In this document: one piece after another, positions 57,492 through 64,000 of the stretch
Numbering within the stretch: the first letter of the stretch is position 1
Layout of the letters: the number at the start of each line of letters is the position of its first letter
Program-made: the position numbers and the translations under genes
Assembly (NCBI GenBank): GCA_002403075.1
Contig: DHHB01000007.1
Location: 2,339-66,338, forward strand
Direction: 5' to 3'
Source of the DNA: a bacterium UBP1_UBA4783
GTDB lineage: Bacteria; Krumholzibacteriota; Krumholzibacteriia; Krumholzibacteriales; Krumholzibacteriaceae
DNA: 64,000 nucleotides
The notes under the pieces: generated by a model
Databases searched by the model: none
Told to the model about the DNA's origin: nothing
The model's input: the letters and a program-made list of their open reading frames with translations, nothing else

Positions 57492-58226
57492 ATGGTCCGC
57501 CGCGGCGCTCTTCTCGGCCTCGCGTTGGCCGTTTCGGCGTTCGCCGGATGCGCCGAGGACGACACCGTCTTCCCGCCCGGCGCGGGCGATACGGCGACCG
57601 TCGTTTTCCGCGACGGCGTCTCTCCCGACGCCTCCTACAACGGAACGCGCGACGCGTTCCTCAAGAACGGCCCGACGAACGATTTCCGCAACCGCTGCTA
57701 CGGCGGCGTGCCGTTCGACACGATCGGTTCGGTTCTCCTCGCCGGCGCTCCCTACGAGCGGCGTCTCGTCCTCAAGATGGATATCTCGGCGATAACGGAC
57801 TGCGCGTACGTGCTCTCGGCGAGCCTGGCGATCGCGTTCGAGGCGGCCCCCCCCGAATCGATAACGCTCGCGATGCACCGCGTGCTCCGGCCCGCTTACA
57901 CCGGCACGTGGATCGAGGGCCAGAACGGGATCCAGACCGGCGTATCGTGGCTGACCGTCGACGGAGCCGAATCGTGGTACGCCGAGGGAGGCGATTTCGA
58001 GAGCGAGCCGTTCGCGCGCGCGAGGATCGCGGGGGACAGCGTCGTCTCCTTCGCCGTCCCGGCGGCGCTCGCGCGGATCTGGATCGACGCTCCGGCGTCG
58101 AACCACGGCGTCCTGCTGAGAAGCGCGGACGCCGCCCCCGAACACTTCGTTCGCGCGCACCTGCGCGAAACGTTCGCTCCCTCGCTGCGCCCGCGCTTCG
58201 CGGTCACCTACCTGAGAGGCGGTTGA
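57492..58226 (+). CDS. DNRLRE/CBM96-like domain lipoprotein
   Basis: Lipobox FAGC; YNGTRDAFL, LKMDIS...SASL, W..EGGDF, WI.....NHGVLL, RPRFAVTY; starts 1 nt after prsR stop. Confidence 0.7.
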   Translation: MVRRGALLGLALAVSAFAGCAEDDTVFPPGAGDTATVVFRDGVSPDASYNGTRDAFLKNGPTNDFRNRCYGGVPFDTIGSVLLAGAPYERRLVLKMDISAITDCAYVLSASLAIAFEAAPPESITLAMHRVLRPAYTGTWIEGQNGIQTGVSWLTVDGAESWYAEGGDFESEPFARARIAGDSVVSFAVPAALARIWIDAPASNHGVLLRSADAAPEHFVRAHLRETFAPSLRPRFAVTYLRGG

Positions 58227-58451
58227 GGGGGCTGATCCTCGCTTCCGGCGGCGCCGGAAGAAGCGTTCCCCCCCGCCCCCCGCGCCGGGAGACGGCGTCG
58301 AAACGGGCACCGTCCATGCAACGCCGTTATGGAGCACCGTGATTCCGGGCCGCATGAGGGCCGGTTGTTTCCGGCCGCTCCGCGTCGTGACCGATCGTTC
58401 CGCGAGGCAGGGCGGAACGGACTCGGCTGTCGCGCACATCTGCCGGGCGTT

Positions 58452-59645
58452 ATGCATCGTCGAATCTGCATCCTTTCGGTTCTGATCCTCGCGTTTCTCG
58501 CCGCGTGCGGGCGGAACGAGTCCGTCGAGCCCGCGCCGCCCGGCTCCTCCGCAGCGGCCGTCCCGCCCGAGAAGGCGGTCGTCCACTGGAGATCGTTCGG
58601 CTCGTGGGACGAGGCGACGATCGAAGCGGCCGCCCGAGCCGAAATGATCATCTTCCCCATGGAGCATTGCTTCTCCCCCGAGTCGGAGGGCGTTCTCGGC
58701 GAGCTCCATCGCCTCAATCCCGATATCCGTATCGTCGGCTACCGGAGCATGATGAGCGTTCTCACGCTCTATCCGGACACGGTCTATCTCCGCCGCGTTC
58801 TCCCCTACGTTCTCGACTACTACTACGCGGTGCGGGACGACTGGGCGTGGACGACGACGCAGGACACCGTTCTCATCTGGCGCGATATCGTCATGCTCGA
58901 TCCGATCGTAAACGGCGGGCTCAACACGGGCCTCATCGACAGGATGGTCGACCTCATCGCCGAGTATCAGGACCGAACGGGCGGCGCCGTCGACGGAATC
59001 ATGCACGATTATTTCATGTACGACGCGTACCTCAATCCAACCGTCCGCGAGAGCATGACCGGCGACGTCGATTTCGACGAAGACGGCGTCCGCCACGAGG
59101 ACGACGCCGACGAGCGGGCGCTCTTCTACGAATGGCAGAAGGAGTACGCGCGCGCCATCCGAGCCCGCCTCGGCGACGATTTCATCCAGATCGGCAACGG
59201 CCGTCCGCCGCAGGAGGACGCCGGGCTCGCCGGGCTCATGAACGGCATATTCTACGAGCTCTACCCCAACAACCCGTGGTACGGAACAGACCGGACGGGG
59301 CTGCTGCGTTTGCTCGAGAATCACCGGCCGGGGTACTTGAGGCCGGCGCTCGGACGAACATGGAGCGTGTGCACGAACGAGAAGGGGACGGTGAGCGCCA
59401 ACAACCTCTTCTGCCTCCTTTCGAGCCTGCTCGCCGGCTGCATGTACACCGAGCTTCAAGGCACGTACGTCTTCCTCGGCTGGACGCTCGACGTGGCTCC
59501 CGGAGCGCCGCTCGGCGAGACGGCGGTCGAGGGCGCGATGGACAGCATCCTCACGGTCCGCCGCCCCTTCCGCAACGGCGAGGTTCGCATCAGCTTCCTG
59601 CCCTCGGGACGCCGCGAGGACGCGGTGTTTCAAGCCGCCGAGTAG
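58452..59645 (+). CDS. Lipoprotein, putative TIM-barrel glycoside hydrolase
   Basis: Lipobox LAAC; LNPDIRIVGY, DGIMHD, DFDEDG, IGNG, NGIFYE pattern typical of GH-like barrels. Confidence 0.6.
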   Translation: MHRRICILSVLILAFLAACGRNESVEPAPPGSSAAAVPPEKAVVHWRSFGSWDEATIEAAARAEMIIFPMEHCFSPESEGVLGELHRLNPDIRIVGYRSMMSVLTLYPDTVYLRRVLPYVLDYYYAVRDDWAWTTTQDTVLIWRDIVMLDPIVNGGLNTGLIDRMVDLIAEYQDRTGGAVDGIMHDYFMYDAYLNPTVRESMTGDVDFDEDGVRHEDDADERALFYEWQKEYARAIRARLGDDFIQIGNGRPPQEDAGLAGLMNGIFYELYPNNPWYGTDRTGLLRLLENHRPGYLRPALGRTWSVCTNEKGTVSANNLFCLLSSLLAGCMYTELQGTYVFLGWTLDVAPGAPLGETAVEGAMDSILTVRRPFRNGEVRISFLPSGRREDAVFQAAE

Positions 59646-59694
59646 CCTGCCATGCGGCGGCGCGCCGCCTCCCCGAGCCCCCACCCCCCGCGAA

Positions 59695-59710
59695 TGGTAC
59701 GATCCTTGCG
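59695..59710 (+). promoter_or_regulatory. sigma54 promoter upstream of FHA gene
   Basis: TGGTAC-GATCC-TTGCG, GG-N10-GC, about 70 bp before the GTG. Confidence 0.65.
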
Positions 59711-59779
59711 AGACGGCGCGTTTTGGAGCGAGTTGCGGCGCCTGTGCGGCCGGTCTCGATCCAAGGAAGGTGCGCTAAC

Positions 59780-60130
59780 GTGGCTTCGAAAAAGACACAT
59801 CGCAACGCGGGCGTCGAAGTGGCGGAGGCGAAGAGCGAGCATAAAAATGCACGGCTCACGATCATTAACAGCTGGTTCGCCGGCCTCGAAATCGCGCTCA
59901 AGAAGAAAAAAACGACCCTCGGCAGAAACCTCCGGTGCGACGTTTGCCTCGACGACTCGCTCGTCTCGGACGAGCACGCGGCGATCGTGAAAACGGAGGA
60001 GGGCTACGTCATCGAGGACCTGAACAGCCGCGGCGGCGTCTCCCTCAACGGCAGAGGCGTGCACCAGCGCAAGCTCAGGAGCGGCGACACGATCGAGATC
60101 GGCTCGTTCAGGATGAAGTTCTCCTGCTGA
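59780..60130 (+). CDS. Stand-alone FHA domain protein
   Basis: TLGR...DVCLDD..VSDEHA...IEDLNSRGGVSLNG...L.SGDTIEIG; RBS AAGGAAGG. Confidence 0.85.
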   Translation: MASKKTHRNAGVEVAEAKSEHKNARLTIINSWFAGLEIALKKKKTTLGRNLRCDVCLDDSLVSDEHAAIVKTEEGYVIEDLNSRGGVSLNGRGVHQRKLRSGDTIEIGSFRMKFSC

Positions 60131-60326
60131 CGATTCCCCGGCCGGAGCGTGCGCGTGCGCGAACGAGGCGATCCGCGCACGCTCCCGGCTCCATCTCCCG
60201 ACCCATTCGAATAATCTGGCGGCCACGGCGGCTTTTTTGGTAATGTGACGCTTCGGGCGGCGCGCCGCGCCGCGCGGAAACGGTCGACCGGTTCGAATCG
60301 AACGCATCCGGGAAAGGCGTGAGGCG

Positions 60327-61640
60327 ATGACCGAGACGACGAAGGCGATCGACGGAATGGGTTCGTTCCCCCGCACGTTCTGGGTCGCCAACGTGATGGA
60401 ACTCTTCGAGCGGGGGGCGTACTACGGCATGGCCTCGGTCCTCGCCGTGTACCTGCGCGCGAGCGCGGCCGAGGGAGGTCTCGGCTTCGACGAAAGCGCC
60501 GTCGGCTTTCTGCAATCGATCGTCATGACGCTCACCTACGTCATGCCGATCCTCGGCGGCGCGCTCGCCGAGCGCTACGGCTACCGGCGATTCCTCATGA
60601 CGGCGTTCTCCATGCTCGCGGTCGGCTATTTCGCGACGGGGCACGTCTCCCGCTACGGCGTCGTGTTCCTGACGCTCCTGCTCGTCGCCGTCGGAAGCGG
60701 CGTCTTCAAGTCGATCCTCTCGGGGACGATCACGCGCACGACGAACGACCGGAACCGTTCTCTCGGTTTCGGGATCTACTACTGGATGATCAACCTCGGA
60801 GCCTTCCTCTCGCCCATTCTCGTGAGCTACCTCAGGGGGTTCAGCTGGTCCTACGTGTTCATCGCCTCGGCGGTCTGGTGCGTCCTCATGCTCGTTCTTA
60901 CCGCCGTGGCGTACAAGGAACCGGAGCGCCCGGCGAGCACGAAGGGGTTCGGACGCGTCGTCTCCGACGCGGCGCTCGTGCTCGGCAACTGGCGCTTCGT
61001 GCTCATGATCGTCGTGTATTCGGGTTTCTGGCTCCTCTACTTCCAGATGTTCCAGACGGTGCTCTGGTACATCGTCGACTTCGTCGACATGACGCCGGCG
61101 GACCGCGTCCTCACCGCCGCGGCCCGGCTCGTGGGAAGCGACGCCGAGATCCGCTTCGACGTCGCCTACGTGACGAGCATCAACGCCGGCACCATCATCC
61201 TTCTTCAGGTGCTCGTGAGCCGCGCGGTGAAGCGCTTCCGCGCGCTGCCCACGATGATCGCCGGCATCGCGATCGGCACGGCCGGCTTCGTGATCTTCGC
61301 TCTCTCGGGGAGCGCCGCCGGGATCGTCGCGGGGATGATCGTCTTTTCGATCGGCGAGATGACCTGCCACCCCAAGTACTTCAGCTACATCGGACAGATC
61401 GCCCCGCGCGACAAGGTGGCCGTGTACATGGGATACTCGTTCCTCTACGGCATCATCGGCAGCCTCGTCGGCAACAACCTCGGAGCGTTTCTCTACAAGA
61501 AGATCGCGAAGGGCGCCGGACAACCGCGGCTCTTCTGGGCGATCTTCGCGGGGATCGGGGCGCTGACGATCGTCGGGCTCCTGCTCTACGACCGTTTTCT
61601 GTCGCCCGAAAGAGGTGAGACGCGGCGTGACGGCGCATAA
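60327..61640 (+). CDS. MFS transporter, POT/PTR (peptide:H+ symporter)-like
   Basis: ELFERGAYYG (ExxERxxYY), GSGVFK, YWMINLG, SIGEM; about 12 TMs. Confidence 0.88.
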   Translation: MTETTKAIDGMGSFPRTFWVANVMELFERGAYYGMASVLAVYLRASAAEGGLGFDESAVGFLQSIVMTLTYVMPILGGALAERYGYRRFLMTAFSMLAVGYFATGHVSRYGVVFLTLLLVAVGSGVFKSILSGTITRTTNDRNRSLGFGIYYWMINLGAFLSPILVSYLRGFSWSYVFIASAVWCVLMLVLTAVAYKEPERPASTKGFGRVVSDAALVLGNWRFVLMIVVYSGFWLLYFQMFQTVLWYIVDFVDMTPADRVLTAAARLVGSDAEIRFDVAYVTSINAGTIILLQVLVSRAVKRFRALPTMIAGIAIGTAGFVIFALSGSAAGIVAGMIVFSIGEMTCHPKYFSYIGQIAPRDKVAVYMGYSFLYGIIGSLVGNNLGAFLYKKIAKGAGQPRLFWAIFAGIGALTIVGLLLYDRFLSPERGETRRDGA

Positions 61641-62214
61641 CGGCGTTCCGGTCCGGCCGCGGCGGCTTCTCTCCGCCGCGATCACGTGTCTCGCGCTCCT
61701 CGCGGCCGCTTCATGTTCGAGAAACGGCGGGGGAGCCGATCTCAAGCTTCCCGGCGACGTGTACGGCTTCTATCTTGGGGAGACGAAAGAGGAGGTCTTC
61801 GCGCGCGCCGCGGGGCACGCGCGGATCGAGCGCGCTCCCGATCCGCCGCTCGGATACCGCGGAGAGCTGTACAACTTCTCCGCCTCTCTCGACGGGCGCG
61901 GCGAGGTCGATTACGTCCGGTGCGCCTTTTTCGAGGGGCGCCTCATGGAGGTCATCGTCTATTTCCGGGACACCGGCCTCATGAACCTCGAGCTTCAGAA
62001 GGCGAAGCTCGAAAGCGTGTACGAGCGGACGTTCGCGGCGGAGGATCCGTCGCGGGAGATGGCGCAGAAGACCCTCCGCTTTTCGGTCCCCGGCATGTCG
62101 GTGACGCTGAGGCGGATCACGAAGAAGGAGCGGATCGAGCTCTACGTCCAGTTCCTGCACGAGGAGCTTCACGGCCGGCTTCTCGAAAAAGCGTCGAAGC
62201 GCGGGGAACGATAG
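61615..62214 (+). CDS. Hypothetical lipoprotein
   Basis: Lipobox AASC; overlaps the MFS gene end; followed by a terminator. Confidence 0.65.
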   Translation: MRRGVTAHNGVPVRPRRLLSAAITCLALLAAASCSRNGGGADLKLPGDVYGFYLGETKEEVFARAAGHARIERAPDPPLGYRGELYNFSASLDGRGEVDYVRCAFFEGRLMEVIVYFRDTGLMNLELQKAKLESVYERTFAAEDPSREMAQKTLRFSVPGMSVTLRRITKKERIELYVQFLHEELHGRLLEKASKRGER

Positions 62215-62244
62215 ACCGCTCCGGCGCGTTCCGCATGAAATACG

Positions 62245-62280
62245 AAACGGGGGCCGCTTCGAGGCGGCCCCCGTTTTTTT
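62245..62280. terminator. Bidirectional intrinsic terminator
   Basis: AAACGGGGGCCGC...GCGGCCCCCGTTT stem plus T-run. Confidence 0.88.
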
Positions 62281-62325
62281 GCGGCCGGCGACGCGGCGGC
62301 CGGCGACGGCATCGATCGAAAGACG

Positions 62326-63999
62326 CTATCGTATGAGCACGAGCTTCCTCGTCTCGACGAGCCTTCCCGCCTGAAGCCTGCAGACGTAGATCCCCGAAGC
62401 CGCCGTCGTGCCGGAAACGGTGCGACCGTCCCAGACCGCCTCGTAACGCCCCGGCTCCATATCCTTCGCGAGGAGTACTGCGACCCGGCGTCCGGAGATG
62501 TCGTACACCGATATCTCGACGCGCGAGCGTTTCGCTACGCCGAACGCGATCCGGGTCGACGGATTGAAGGGGTTCGGGTACACGCCGTGTATCGCCGTCA
62601 GGGCCGGCGCCGCTCCGGGGTCTCCGTCGACGGGGGTCGGCACGTACGAGCCGAAGCATCCCGTCCTCGCGCGGTCATGGCGGAACATCGGCCACTGGAG
62701 ATCGCTTTTCGCATAGAGGGCCGCCGGCAGCTCGAAACACTGCAGCTCGTATCCGGGAGCTCCCGCGGCGATCACGAGCTCGACGACGCCGTCGCCGTCG
62801 ATATCGTCCACGGCGACCGAAACAAGCGCCTCGCCGTCGAGCTGGATCGGATAACCGTACGGAGCCGAACCGTCCGCGGAACGCGAGTGGAGGGCCTGCG
62901 AGCCGTCCCCGACGAGGGCCTCGATCCCGCCGCCGATGACGACGGGCGAGGGAACGAACGGCGCCGCGGCCGCCAGGATCTGCGGCCATCCGGTCATAAC
63001 GCCGCCGGTATGGTCGATCGCCGCGAGGGCGGCCCCGGCGGGACCGCGCGACGCGACGACGATCTCGAGGTTCGAATCGGCGTCGAGGTTCGCGAGAGCG
63101 GGGGACGATTCGATCGCGCCCGGCGCCTTTGGCGGCGAGGGCCAGAGCGTGCCGTCGGTTTTCCAGACGAACACCGATCCGTCGAGCCCTCCCGCGACGA
63201 TCTCGAGATCGGTGTACGGATCGAGCACGTCGCCGAGCACCGGATCCGCCGTCACGATCGTGTCGACCGTCACCGGCCACGAGGCGCCGTACGGGGTGCC
63301 GTCCGCGTTGAGCAGATAGACCGTCGAGGAAAACGCGTCGGGAGAGCCGTACGCGATCGCCGCGATCTCGGGCGCGCCGTCGCCGTCGACGTCCCCGGCC
63401 GCGGGCGAGGTGAACGAGCCCGACGACGCGGCGACGGGCCACGATCCGCCGTACGGGGCGCCGCCGCCGCCGAGGGCGACGAGGCTCGATCCGGCGCCGC
63501 AGATGACCTCGCATTTCCCGTCGCCGTCGAGATCGACGAGGGCGGGCGTCGTGAGGACGGGGCTTCCCGTATCGTAATCCCAGAGCTTCGCGCCCAGTCG
63601 ATCGAAGACGTATATCTTTCCGTCCCTTCCGCCGATGACGACCTCCCGGCGATGATCGCCGGTCACGTCCGCGACGGCCGGGGACGAGAACAGCGTGTCG
63701 CCCACGGACGCCGGCCAGCCGGCGAGCTCCGAACCGTCGCTCGCGAGGACGTGGACGGCCCCGTCGTCGGCGCCGATCACGATCTCGAGCGTGGCCGGAT
63801 CGTCGTCGAGGTTCGCGATGGCGGGCGAGGTATGGAATCCGAAGCCCGCCGCGAAGGGCCAGCCCGGCTGCACGGCGAAACGCCAGAGGATCTCGTGGGG
63901 TCCGCTCGCGTTGTTCGCCTCGTCCGTCTCGAGCACCGAATCGCCGTTGTCGGCGCGGAACCACGACGTCCATTTCTCGAATACGACCGCCGTTTCCCG
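62326..63999 (-). CDS. FG-GAP/VCBS-repeat secreted protein with CARDB-like segment and FlgD-Ig/T9SS-like C-terminal domain, 5'-truncated
   Basis: Repeats SPA..DxDGDG..EI..G with GWP; VLETDEANN (CARDB-like end); YPNPFNP...ASGIY...RKLVLIR; frame open to the window edge. Confidence 0.88.
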   Translation of the reverse strand, partial: RETAVVFEKWTSWFRADNGDSVLETDEANNASGPHEILWRFAVQPGWPFAAGFGFHTSPAIANLDDDPATLEIVIGADDGAVHVLASDGSELAGWPASVGDTLFSSPAVADVTGDHRREVVIGGRDGKIYVFDRLGAKLWDYDTGSPVLTTPALVDLDGDGKCEVICGAGSSLVALGGGGAPYGGSWPVAASSGSFTSPAAGDVDGDGAPEIAAIAYGSPDAFSSTVYLLNADGTPYGASWPVTVDTIVTADPVLGDVLDPYTDLEIVAGGLDGSVFVWKTDGTLWPSPPKAPGAIESSPALANLDADSNLEIVVASRGPAGAALAAIDHTGGVMTGWPQILAAAAPFVPSPVVIGGGIEALVGDGSQALHSRSADGSAPYGYPIQLDGEALVSVAVDDIDGDGVVELVIAAGAPGYELQCFELPAALYAKSDLQWPMFRHDRARTGCFGSYVPTPVDGDPGAAPALTAIHGVYPNPFNPSTRIAFGVAKRSRVEISVYDISGRRVAVLLAKDMEPGRYEAVWDGRTVSGTTAASGIYVCRLQAGRLVETRKLVLIR

Positions 64000-64000
64000 G

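Noticed and set aside
53828..57565. 1245-aa minus-strand ORF
   Set aside because: Antisense shadow of prsK/prsR, a stop-poor frame typical of high-GC DNA with no motifs of its own.

Overview
High-GC bacterial chromosomal window with about 47 CDS. No rRNA, tRNA, CRISPR array or transposase/integrase was recognised. Gene content (secreted proteins with FlgD-Ig/T9SS-like C-terminal domains, a C25 gingipain-type peptidase, DUF5916, C-terminal 'SWGAIKSL[FY]' tails) suggests an FCB-group anaerobe such as Ca. Krumholzibacteriota/Latescibacterota; this is inference. 1-10.5 kb: NuoF-like subunit plus a GltD/NuoG fusion resembling the Sporomusa-type electron-bifurcating transhydrogenase (StnBC), a sensor kinase, a degenerate NtrC-type regulator and a split ADP-forming acyl-CoA synthetase. 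10.6-31 kb: S9 peptidase/carbamoyltransferase/SxtJ-like operon, macro-domain protein, atypical deformylase, Cys-less PurF, GT-C-like protein, RluA, M29 peptidase, lemA-htpX, AsmA, radical SAM and an MIO ammonia-lyase. 31-47 kb: secreted and surface proteins. 47-60 kb: the most interesting part. It holds two tandem paralogs with a conserved WGxIKxL[FY] tail, a conserved structured leader and duplicated terminators. These are divergent from a PEP-CTERM/exosortase/EpsI/TPR/PrsK/PrsR locus whose sigma54 promoter, enhancer and IHF-like site are visible, and the inner cassette is bracketed by a 25-bp imperfect inverted repeat. All functional calls come from motif recognition by eye; no database searches were run.
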